From assembly GCA_039585235.1 (NCBI GenBank), contig JBDGWG010000007.1:1-64000 (forward strand): 64,000 bases of DNA. Reading direction: 5' to 3'. Within the stretch, counting starts at the first letter, position 1. Every line of letters starts with the position of its first letter. The DNA comes from Gemmatimonadota bacterium. Its GTDB lineage: Bacteria > Gemmatimonadota > Gemmatimonadetes > Palauibacterales > Palauibacteraceae. Shown one piece after another: positions 9,663 to 19,738 of the stretch. The notes beneath the pieces were generated by a model. The model did no database searches, was not told the DNA's origin, and was given only the letters and a program-made list of their open reading frames with translations. Both the position numbers and the translations under genes were made by a program.

Positions 9663-10054
9663 GAGCCTGAGTAGACGAGGGTGGTCAATTGCACGTGGCG
9701 CCGTCCCATTCGGCCAACCGAATATTCGACGTCGACCGTGATCTCGGCCGTCTTCAAACCCACGGTGCTGTGAGACACGTCTACCTTGCGTCTGTACGGT
9801 CCCGTACCCTCGACTCCGTTCTCGTCCACGGCCACCGCTGCCTGCGGCTCGATATCCTCTACGGGAAGTGCCTTCAGCTCCTCCATCTTCTGGACCGCGA
9901 GCGCCGTCGCCCGCCCCTGTTCGTTTGTGTGAACGCTTGCCAGGGTCACGGTCGTGAGACCGGAGAGCACGCCGGCCACGCCGACAGTGAGCACGATCAG
10001 CGCGATCAGAACCTCGATCAGGGTGAAGCCACGATCCGAGCGTTCCTTTTTCAC
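9659..10054 (-). CDS. pilV: type IV pilus minor pilin PilV-like
   Basis: GTG at 10054 (GGGAG immediately upstream) gives 'VKKERSDRGFTLIEVLIALIVLTVGVAGVL'. ~131 aa, a typical PilV size. Confidence 0.7.
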   Translation of the reverse strand: MKKERSDRGFTLIEVLIALIVLTVGVAGVLSGLTTVTLASVHTNEQGRATALAVQKMEELKALPVEDIEPQAAVAVDENGVEGTGPYRRKVDVSHSTVGLKTAEITVDVEYSVGRMGRRHVQLTTLVYSGS

Positions 10055-10701
10055 TCCCAACCTCCATCTCTCCACCGCCACACGCGGATCCCACCGGACC
10101 GGCTTACGCCGATCGCCCACACGAGATCGTTCCGATCCTCGTGCCGCACGTAGACGGCTCCCCACAGGGAATTCAGAGTGTCTGGCCAGGCGACGGTGCC
10201 CCGGCGCTCGAAGACGATCGGGTTCGTCGGCAGGTCGACGGCCCCCACGAGCGTGCCTCCGAAAGGAGTCGTACCGGCGGCTCCGGTTCCAAACTCCACA
10301 ACATCCGCGAACGCCTTTCCGCGCCAACTCAGCTCGCTGTCGGAGAACTCGATCCGGGTGGCCGCGATCTCCGGCGCAGTGCCGGTTGGCACGTCCCCCG
10401 GGTCGCCGAGGTTGGCGTAGGCCGTGTAGAAATCGTCGGCCCCCGCAGGTTCGACGTTGAAATAGACGGCGCGGTTCATCGCCACGGCCCGGAAGCGGGC
10501 CAATCTCATCGATTGCGCGAGTGTCTCGACCTCGTTTCGCACTCGGCGGGTCTCCGTGGCGCGGAGGAAGAATGGGGCGGTCGTCAGCCCGAGAACCGTT
10601 ACCAGGGACATTACGATCAACAACTCGATGAGCGTGAACCCGCCATACCGGCGTTTCCCTGCCCGATCCTGCCGCTTCGAGTATTCTTCAACAGTGTGCA
10701 T
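10051..10701 (-). CDS. fimT: GspH/FimT-family pseudopilin
   Basis: 'RRYGGFTLIELLIVMSLVTVLGLTTAPFF' is a prepilin motif. It is first gene of the operon, divergent from the ADOP permease. Confidence 0.75.
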   Translation of the reverse strand: MHTVEEYSKRQDRAGKRRYGGFTLIELLIVMSLVTVLGLTTAPFFLRATETRRVRNEVETLAQSMRLARFRAVAMNRAVYFNVEPAGADDFYTAYANLGDPGDVPTGTAPEIAATRIEFSDSELSWRGKAFADVVEFGTGAAGTTPFGGTLVGAVDLPTNPIVFERRGTVAWPDTLNSLWGAVYVRHEDRNDLVWAIGVSRSGGIRVWRWRDGGWE

Positions 10702-11015
10702 GTGGTCTTTCGAGTCTCGTACCCAGCGCTAGGGGGGTCCGCAATGTGTATGGCCTCACGCTGTCGCGGACCTGGCGACCGCCCATATGAGAGCAAGAAG
10801 CAAACCAGACGAGGAATCGACGGAAGTGTCAGTGAAATATGTTGTTACGCATCAGATATAGGTAGATAGTGACACCGGCTACCGGTTCCATTGCCGGGTT
10901 TCGTGCAATAATCCTGAGGATGAAGCGGCCCGCGGCGGCGTGAAACCCCGAACGTCACAGGTCGTATTATGTTACCGGGCAGCAAGTTGGCGCTCCTTCT
11001 GCGACGGATCTCGGC

Positions 11016-13409
11016 ATGGACAGAGTCTGGCAGGACTTCCGGTACAGCTTCCGGTCGCTGCGCCACGGCGGGCTCCTGATCGCGATCGCGATCCTGTCGC
11101 TCGGAATCGGGATCGGCTCGGTCACCACGATCTTCACCGCCGTGGACGTGTTCATGCTGCGGCCGCTGCCTTACCCGGACTCTCACGATCTCCAGTCCGT
11201 CTACACGACGAATCAAGAGCGCGGTTGGATGTGGGTCTCGTTCTCGGTACCCGATTTCGTGGACTTCCGCGAGCGGAGCGAGGCGATGGACGTGGCCGTA
11301 TCGCGCGGAGCGGCCTTCAACCTGTCCGAAGGGGATCGTCCCGAGCGGGCGCAGGGCAGACGCCTGAGCTGGAACTGGCTCCGCGTTCTGGGTGTCCAGC
11401 CGGCGCTGGGCCGCGGATTTACGCAAGAAGAAGAGATCGAGGGTCGGGACCAGGTCGCGCTCATCAGTCATGGCCTGTGGCAAAGGCGGTTCGGGGCGGA
11501 TCCCGACATCCTCGGCTCCGACATCCTGCTGGACGGGGAGCCTCACACGATCATCGGCGTCATGCCGGCCGACTTCTGGTACGGGTCCATCTTCGACGAC
11601 ATCTGGGTGCCGTTCTCTATCACGGGCGAGGAGTCCCGCAACAGTCACTACATCAGCGCGCTGGCCCGCGTGAACGACGGCTTCACACAAGCACAGGCCG
11701 CGGACGAGACGGAGCGCATCGCCGCCCAACTGGCCATCGATTACCCGGAGACGAACACCGGGAACGGGGCCAGGCTCGTGACCCTGCACGAGGACATCTT
11801 CAACGAGGGATTCAGGGTCGGCACGTCGATCTCGAGCCTGGCCGTGATGTTCCTGCTGCTCATCGCCTGCGCCAACGTGGCCAACCTGCTGCTCACGCAC
11901 GCGGTAGGGCGTGAGCGGGAGATGGCGGTCCGATCGGCGCTCGGCGCGGACCGCGGACGGATACTGCGGTACTTCCTGACGGAATCCCTCATCCTGTCGT
12001 TTGCCGGCGGTGTGGCCGGCCTGCTGATCTCCGTGTTCGGTATCCGCTGGCTGGTGTCGGTGATGCCCTCCTGGTTCCCGAGGGTAGACGAGATCGGGCT
12101 CGATGCCCGCGCTCTCTTGTTCACGATGGCGATCGTGTTCCTGAGCGCGATTCTCGTGGGCCTGGCACCGGCGATCCAGGGAGCGCGTGGCAGCACGGCA
12201 GCGTCGCTCAAGGAAGGCGGCCGGGGGGGGACCGCGGCGCGCGGAGGACGGCTCCGGAAAGGGCTGGTTATAGGCGAGGTCGCGCTCGCCCTGGCGCTGC
12301 TCGTGTCATCGGCGCTCCTCGTGCAGGCGTTCTACAACGTGCGCCTGGCCGACCGTGGGTTCGACGAGAGCGACCTGCTGGCCTTCCGGATCTCCCTCCC
12401 GGAGCAGGAGTACCCCGACGAGATTTCTATCGCGGCGTTCCACGAGGAGCTGACCCTGAGGCTCGAGTCCCTGCCTGGTGTGACAGGAGTCGGCGCGACC
12501 TCGATCCTGCCGTCCCAGGGGAACAACAGCACCTATTACACCCTGCCGGGAGACGACATCCAGACGGACCAGGACCGGAAAGTCACGAACCTGCTCGAGA
12601 TCACGCCCGGGTATTTCGAGGCGATGGACGTGCCGATCGTGCGGGGCAGGGGTCTCGAAGACCGGGACCGGGAGGGCGTTCGGGACGTGGTCGTGATCAA
12701 CGAAGTGCTCGCCGAGAGACACTGGCCCGACGAAGAGCCGATCGGACGCGAGATAGTGTTCGGCGAAACCACGAGTGCGGTCGTCGGAGTGGCCGCGAAC
12801 ACGGCGGTGGCCACTGCGACACCGGGTGAGCGTCCGATGGTCTACGTCCCGGTCTACCAGGTCGGGCGCAGGAACCTCGGCTACCTGGTGGAATCGGACT
12901 CTCCGCTCGAGTCGTTGTTCGAGTCCGTCCGCGCGGAAGTCCACGGCGTCGATTCCGACATCCCCGCCTACAGCGTCCGTCCCCTGAAGGACGTCATCGA
13001 CGAGTCCCTCGGCGGCGACACGATCATGGCCAAGATCATGAGCGTGGTGGCGGTGATCGCTCTCGTGCTCGCCCTGGCCGGCGTCTACGGGGTGATGGCC
13101 TACTCCGTGTCACAGCGTAGACAGGAACTGGGGATTCGCATGGCACTCGGGGCGCGAAATGGAGACGTAGTCGGGATGATCATGCGGCAGGGGACCATCC
13201 TCGCCGCAATCGGCATCGCGGTGGGCCTTGGCCTGGCGTTCGGCATGGCCAAGGGAGTCTCGTTCTTCCTGTTCGGGGTGAGCGCGTTCGAGCCCGTGAC
13301 CTACGGTGGGATGGCGGGGGCCCTCCTGATCGCGGGTATCGTGGCCACGTATTTCCCGGCGCGGCGAGCTACTCAGGTCGATCCGGTGGAAGCGCTGCGA
13401 GCCGAATAG
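11016..13409 (+). CDS. ADOP-family ABC transporter permease (duplicated FtsX/MacB-like, ~800 aa)
   Basis: N-terminal TM, large periplasmic domain and C-terminal 4-TM FtsX block, repeated twice. No adjacent ATPase (orphan permease). Confidence 0.85.
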   Translation: MDRVWQDFRYSFRSLRHGGLLIAIAILSLGIGIGSVTTIFTAVDVFMLRPLPYPDSHDLQSVYTTNQERGWMWVSFSVPDFVDFRERSEAMDVAVSRGAAFNLSEGDRPERAQGRRLSWNWLRVLGVQPALGRGFTQEEEIEGRDQVALISHGLWQRRFGADPDILGSDILLDGEPHTIIGVMPADFWYGSIFDDIWVPFSITGEESRNSHYISALARVNDGFTQAQAADETERIAAQLAIDYPETNTGNGARLVTLHEDIFNEGFRVGTSISSLAVMFLLLIACANVANLLLTHAVGREREMAVRSALGADRGRILRYFLTESLILSFAGGVAGLLISVFGIRWLVSVMPSWFPRVDEIGLDARALLFTMAIVFLSAILVGLAPAIQGARGSTAASLKEGGRGGTAARGGRLRKGLVIGEVALALALLVSSALLVQAFYNVRLADRGFDESDLLAFRISLPEQEYPDEISIAAFHEELTLRLESLPGVTGVGATSILPSQGNNSTYYTLPGDDIQTDQDRKVTNLLEITPGYFEAMDVPIVRGRGLEDRDREGVRDVVVINEVLAERHWPDEEPIGREIVFGETTSAVVGVAANTAVATATPGERPMVYVPVYQVGRRNLGYLVESDSPLESLFESVRAEVHGVDSDIPAYSVRPLKDVIDESLGGDTIMAKIMSVVAVIALVLALAGVYGVMAYSVSQRRQELGIRMALGARNGDVVGMIMRQGTILAAIGIAVGLGLAFGMAKGVSFFLFGVSAFEPVTYGGMAGALLIAGIVATYFPARRATQVDPVEALRAE

Positions 13410-13508
13410 ACCTGAGGTGAGGGCACCTTCATTGCCTCGCCCTTGACCATCGACCAGTTTTGAGCGTTCCTCGGGGCCGATACTCCCGGTAATGGAAGCG
13501 CTCACGGC

Positions 13509-15332
13509 ATGAAGAAGTTCGTCCAGGAGATTCACCGCCGCTCACTCTGGCAGGTGCTGGGTATCTATATCTTGGGTGCCTGGGGTGCTCTGCAGGTCGT
13601 GGACGTGCTGGCCCAGAACTTCGGACTTCCCGAGTGGTTCCCGGCCTTCGCGCTGGCTCTCCTGGTAATCGGTCTCCCGATTGTGCTGGCCACGGCGGTC
13701 GTGCAGGAAGGGGTTCGCGGGCCCGAGCCGGCCGGTGAAGCAGAGCCGGGTGGCGCCGAATCTCCGGCTCTCACGGCTCCGGTGAGCGAATCCTCCGGCA
13801 ACAATCTTTTCACATGGCGGAACGCGATCCTCGGTGGACTGGGAGCCTTCGCACTGTGGGGTGTCGTGGCCGCCGGATGGATGCTTTTCGGGCCCGGCAC
13901 GGGATCGGGGGCCGCTGCAACGGGGTCGACAGCCGACCGGGCCGAGGCCGGCCGAGACCTTCGTTCAGTCGCAGTGCTGCCGTTCGCCACCCGCCTCACG
14001 TCGGAGGAGGACGAGTACTTCGCTGAGGGGATGCACGACGACCTGCTGACCCAGCTCGCCAAGATCGACTCCCTCAAAGTGATCTCACGTACCTCGGTGA
14101 TGGAATACAAGGGGGTAAATCGGAACATCCGGGAGATCGCCGCCGAGCTCGAAGTGGCGACGGTGGTGGAGGGGGGTGTGCAGCGATCGGGAGATCGGGT
14201 GCGCGTGAACGTGCAGCTCATCGACGCGAGCACGGACCGGCACCTGTGGGCGGAGACGTACGACGAGGAGCTCACAGCGGCCAACGTATTCGCGATCCAG
14301 AGCGACCTGGCGAAGAAGATCGCGTCGGCTCTCCAGGCGACGCTGACGCCCGAGGTGGAAGAACGGATCGAGGAGCAGCCCACCGAGAGCCTCGAGGCAT
14401 ATGACCTGTACGTTCGCGGCAGGCTCATCCTGGATAATCGCGGAAGCACCAGGGACGGTGTGGAAACCGCAGCGGATCTGTATCGCCTGGCGATCTCCTC
14501 CGACCCGACCTACGCGCTCGCGCACGCCGGGCTGGCGAACGCGTATCTGCAGCTCTTCAACCTGGGTTACCTGTCCGAGGGGGAGGCGCTGCCACAGGCC
14601 AGCACGGCCCTGGAGCGGGCGCTCGCGTTGAACCCGGATCTTGCGGAAGGGCGTTCACTGCGCGCGCAGCTTCTGCGGCTCGAGCTGCGACCCGCGGAGG
14701 CGGAACGGGAGGTCCGGCGCGTCCTTGAGCTCAACCCTGGAAGCGCCCAGGCGCACGCGCAGTACAGCCGTGTGCTGCTCGATCTCGGACGGCCTGAGGA
14801 ATCGGTCCTCGAGGCTCGCCGCGCGGTGCAACTGGATCCTCTCTCGGTCGGCCTGCGCAGAGTCCTGGTGGCCCGGCTGGCCTGGGTGGGTGACTACGAC
14901 GGGACGATCGAAGAGTCACGTAACCTGCTCGAGCTCGAGCCCGCCGAGGCCGACGCGCACTACTACGCCGGTATGGCCCGAACCATCAAGGGCGAGACGG
15001 CGAGTGCGATCGAATCGTTCCGTCAGGCGATCGAACTGAACCCGGATGATCCGTACTATCCTGCCGGCCTCGCTTGGGCCTATGCGAAGGCGGGGGATCG
15101 GGAGCAATCGCTCGAATACCTCCGTCGGGCCGAGACGGCCGGGGTGCCGCTGAAAGAAGTCGGATTGGTATACGGGGCGCTCGGTGACCTGGACCGGGCG
15201 TTCGATTACCTCGAGCGCGGCCTTGAAACGGAGCCGGGAACGCTGGCCGGTATCAAAGCGGATCCCTCGGCCGAGCCCCTGCGCGCCGACCCGCGTTGGG
15301 ATGCGTTGATGGAGAAGATCGCCCGCGAGTAG
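13509..15332 (+). CDS. TPR-repeat protein with N-terminal TM and TolB-N-like module
   Basis: 'SVAVLPFATRLTSEEDEYFAEGMHDDLLTQLAKIDSLKVISRTS' is the TolB-N-like motif. The C-terminal half is TPR-like (AxxY, LNP patterns). Confidence 0.75.
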   Translation: MKKFVQEIHRRSLWQVLGIYILGAWGALQVVDVLAQNFGLPEWFPAFALALLVIGLPIVLATAVVQEGVRGPEPAGEAEPGGAESPALTAPVSESSGNNLFTWRNAILGGLGAFALWGVVAAGWMLFGPGTGSGAAATGSTADRAEAGRDLRSVAVLPFATRLTSEEDEYFAEGMHDDLLTQLAKIDSLKVISRTSVMEYKGVNRNIREIAAELEVATVVEGGVQRSGDRVRVNVQLIDASTDRHLWAETYDEELTAANVFAIQSDLAKKIASALQATLTPEVEERIEEQPTESLEAYDLYVRGRLILDNRGSTRDGVETAADLYRLAISSDPTYALAHAGLANAYLQLFNLGYLSEGEALPQASTALERALALNPDLAEGRSLRAQLLRLELRPAEAEREVRRVLELNPGSAQAHAQYSRVLLDLGRPEESVLEARRAVQLDPLSVGLRRVLVARLAWVGDYDGTIEESRNLLELEPAEADAHYYAGMARTIKGETASAIESFRQAIELNPDDPYYPAGLAWAYAKAGDREQSLEYLRRAETAGVPLKEVGLVYGALGDLDRAFDYLERGLETEPGTLAGIKADPSAEPLRADPRWDALMEKIARE

Positions 15333-15363
15333 TCGGCAGGCTGGGTCCGACGAGACCCCGCCG

Positions 15364-15564
15364 TCAGATCGCGCAGGTCATGTCCGTGCCGCAGCACATC
15401 GGCGACTTCACCATCCCGTGGCCGTTGGGGCACTTCGACACGTGAACCGTGCTTCCGTCGTCCTTCGTCAGCGTCTCGTGTACCAGCTCCGAGCCGCAGC
15501 TCCCGCACGTGATGATGCCGACGCTCATTCCGCAGGTGGGGCAGGTATACAGGGCCATCTTCAT
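15364..15564 (-). CDS. Cys-rich small protein (66 aa, 10 Cys; zinc-ribbon/metal-binding-like)
   Basis: 'CPTCG...CGSCG...KCPNGHG...MCCGTDMTC'. GGAAG lies 7 nt upstream of the ATG. Divergent from the B12-rSAM operon. Confidence 0.5.
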   Translation of the reverse strand: MKMALYTCPTCGMSVGIITCGSCGSELVHETLTKDDGSTVHVSKCPNGHGMVKSPMCCGTDMTCAI

Positions 15565-15722
15565 AGCTTCCGGTCTCGGGTTGTCGGTCGATACAACTGA
15601 ACTCGCTTCAGCCTAGTGTATTGGCCCGACTTGGGCCAGATTAGAGTCCCCTCCTCACCTCGTGTCCACGAGCGGCATCATTCGCCCGGGTGAAGGTCGC
15701 CGCAACGGGAACGGCGAGTTCC

Positions 15723-16106
15723 ATGACGATCAACCTGTACGCCGCATGGATCGGCTTCCTGCTTGGCGCTCTCGCCGGGGCGACCTCGGGCCTGTTCTTC
15801 GCCCGGGACGACTGGCTCGGCGGGTATGCCGACTGGCGGCGCCGTATGATCCGTCTCGGACACGTGTCCTTCTTCGGCATCGGTTTCCTCAACCTCGGCT
15901 TCTACCTCACGGTCCACGCGCTCGATATGCAGTCGTGGGCGGGCGTGCAGCTTCCTGCGGACCTGCTGCTCATCGGCGCGGTGACAATGCCCATCGTCTG
16001 CTACCTGTCGGCCTTCCGGAAGAGCCTGCGGCACCTGTTCTTTCTCCCGGCCGGGGCCGTCACACTGGCGCTCGCCGTGTTCCTGTTGAGGCTCGCATCG
16101 CCATGA
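15723..16106 (+). CDS. small polytopic membrane protein (hypothetical, 4 TM)
   Basis: ATG at 15723 (MTINLYAAWIGFLL...). The stop overlaps the start of the radical SAM gene (ATGA at 16103..16106). Confidence 0.6.
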   Translation: MTINLYAAWIGFLLGALAGATSGLFFARDDWLGGYADWRRRMIRLGHVSFFGIGFLNLGFYLTVHALDMQSWAGVQLPADLLLIGAVTMPIVCYLSAFRKSLRHLFFLPAGAVTLALAVFLLRLASP

Positions 16107-17416
16107 ACGTCGGCCTGCTCGCGATCAGCGGCATACGGGTGGTGGACGAAGAGCTGCTCCGCCTCGGCCTCACCCTGCCGGGTTTCGTGGAGCGCAGCGA
16201 GACGATCGCCTCGTTGCCGAGCCTGGGACTGCTGACGCTCGCGGCGCTGACTCCCCCACAGCACGACGTGCACTACCTGGAAGTGCCGGATCCGCGCTCG
16301 CTGGTCGATCTCCCGAACGGTCTCGACCTCGTCGCCATCTCTTCCTACAGCGCGCAGATCTTCGAGGCCTACGATCTGGCGGATCGTTATCGAGAGGCCG
16401 GCGTTCCGGTCGTGATGGGAGGACCGCATGTGAGCGCCCTGCCGGAGGAGGCGATCGAGCACTGCGACGCCGTGGTGGTGGGGGAGGGGGAGCCGCGTTG
16501 GAACGACGTCCTTTCGGACGCCGAGGCGGGCCGGCTGGCAGGCGTCTACGACGCCCGACCGTACGACTACGACCTGGCCGAGGCGCCGGTCCCGGTGTTC
16601 GAGCTGCTCGACATCTCGCGATACAACCGTCTGACCGTGCAGGCGAGCCGGGGCTGCCCCCATCGGTGCGAGTTCTGCGCCAGCTCGGTGCTGCTCACGG
16701 ACAGGTACAAGCAGAAGCCGGCTGCGAACGTGGTTCGGGAAATCGATCGCATTCTCGAGATCTGGGAGCATCCCTTCATCGAGTTCGCGGACGATAACGC
16801 GTTCGTTGACCGGAGCTATTGGAAAGAGCTACTGCCGGCGCTGGCCGGCAAGGGGCTCCGATGGTTCGCGGAGACCGACCTGTCGGCGGCCCGCGATCCG
16901 CAGTTGCTGGATCTGATGAGGGAGAGCGGGTGCGCCCAGGTGCTCGTCGGCTTCGAGAGCCCGGTGGAGGCTGGCTTGCCGGGGCTCGAGCTGCGCAGCG
17001 ACTGGAAGCGCAAGCGGTTCCCCGAATACCGGGACGCGATCCGTGAGATCCAGGCCCACGGAATCACCGTGAACGGCTGCTTCGTGATCGGACTCGACGG
17101 TCACGGGCCCGAAATCTTCGACCAGGTGTTCGACTTCGTCCGGGACTCGGAACTGTACGAAGTCCAGGTCACTATCCTCACCCCGTTTCCCGGCACGCCG
17201 CTGTACGATCGCCTGGAGCGCGAGGAAAGGATCATGAAGCCCGGGGCGTGGGACCGGTGCACCCTGTTCGACGTGAACTACCGGCCGGCGAACCTGACCG
17301 TGGCGGAGCTCGAGAGCGGATTCAAAGAGCTCGCCCAGCGGCTCTACAGCGACGAGCTCACCCGGTGGAGACGCAGCCGATTCAAGAGGTCTCGTGAGAA
17401 GGGAAGGACGTCGTGA
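16103..17416 (+). CDS. B12-binding domain-containing radical SAM protein (class B rSAM)
   Basis: N-terminal Rossmann-like B12-binding region (MNVGLLAISGIRVVDEE...VVMGGPHVSALPEEAIEHCDAVVVGEGE) followed by 'SRGCPHRCEFCAS' (CxxxCxxC). The longer ORF 15662..17416 is an out-of-frame upstream extension. Confidence 0.85.
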   Translation: MNVGLLAISGIRVVDEELLRLGLTLPGFVERSETIASLPSLGLLTLAALTPPQHDVHYLEVPDPRSLVDLPNGLDLVAISSYSAQIFEAYDLADRYREAGVPVVMGGPHVSALPEEAIEHCDAVVVGEGEPRWNDVLSDAEAGRLAGVYDARPYDYDLAEAPVPVFELLDISRYNRLTVQASRGCPHRCEFCASSVLLTDRYKQKPAANVVREIDRILEIWEHPFIEFADDNAFVDRSYWKELLPALAGKGLRWFAETDLSAARDPQLLDLMRESGCAQVLVGFESPVEAGLPGLELRSDWKRKRFPEYRDAIREIQAHGITVNGCFVIGLDGHGPEIFDQVFDFVRDSELYEVQVTILTPFPGTPLYDRLEREERIMKPGAWDRCTLFDVNYRPANLTVAELESGFKELAQRLYSDELTRWRRSRFKRSREKGRTS

Positions 17417-17817
17417 ATCAACAGAGAAGCGTGTCCGTGCTGTTCTATCTGGCCGCGTTGTACGATGGAGTGCTTGGAGTGGCGTTTCTGGTCGCCGCCC
17501 CGGCACTGTTCGAGTGGGTCGGCGTCACGCCGCCAAACCACTTCGGGTACGTGCACTTTCCGGCCGCGCTCCTGATCGTGTTCGCACTGATGTTCGTCAC
17601 GATCGCCCGGAACCCGGTCGCTAACCAGGGCCTCATTCTGTACGGGATCCTGCTCAAGGTCTCCTACTGCGCCGTGGCGTTCTACCACTGGGCCGCCGGC
17701 GGCATCCCGTTCATCTGGAAACCGTTCGCCATCGCCGACCTTGTCTTCCTCGTCCTGTTCGCATGGGCCTCCACCGTGCTGAGCAGGCAGGCGGACCTGG
17801 AGGATGCGCCGGCCTGA
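17413..17817 (+). CDS. small polytopic membrane protein (hypothetical, 4 TM)
   Basis: ATGA overlap with the rSAM stop. 134 aa with four hydrophobic helices. Confidence 0.6.
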   Translation: MNQQRSVSVLFYLAALYDGVLGVAFLVAAPALFEWVGVTPPNHFGYVHFPAALLIVFALMFVTIARNPVANQGLILYGILLKVSYCAVAFYHWAAGGIPFIWKPFAIADLVFLVLFAWASTVLSRQADLEDAPA

Positions 17818-17914
17818 TTCCACTGAATCCTTCCCTCCGGAGCCGTGTTCTTGTAGCCTCGGGGCGGCAGCGCACATCGGGTGCGCGCCATCCCTAACGG
17901 GATCACTGACTTAA

Positions 17915-19684
<1,770 letters not shown>

Positions 19685-19706
19685 GTCCGTGACGGAACGG
19701 GAGGAA

Positions 19707-19738
19707 GGCGTGTCTCAGGCGCCTTCTTCCTCGTACAT
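19707..19738. terminator. convergent hairpin between thiC and acs (GAGGAAGGCG-loop-CGCCTTCTTCCTC)
   Basis: The inverted repeat, read from the sequence, overlaps the acs stop codon. It is GC-rich with no clear U-tract. Confidence 0.35.

Noticed and set aside
10845-11914. 351-aa minus-strand and 324-aa plus-strand ORFs at the start of the ADOP permease
   Set aside because: The ADOP permease frame (11016..13409) has unmistakable FtsX/MacB architecture. The others are compositional artefacts.
15662-16102. Upstream 147-aa extension of the radical SAM ORF
   Set aside because: The extension is low-complexity and overlaps the well-formed membrane-protein gene in another frame. The ATGA-coupled start at 16103 (MNVGLLAIS) fits the B12-domain N-terminus.
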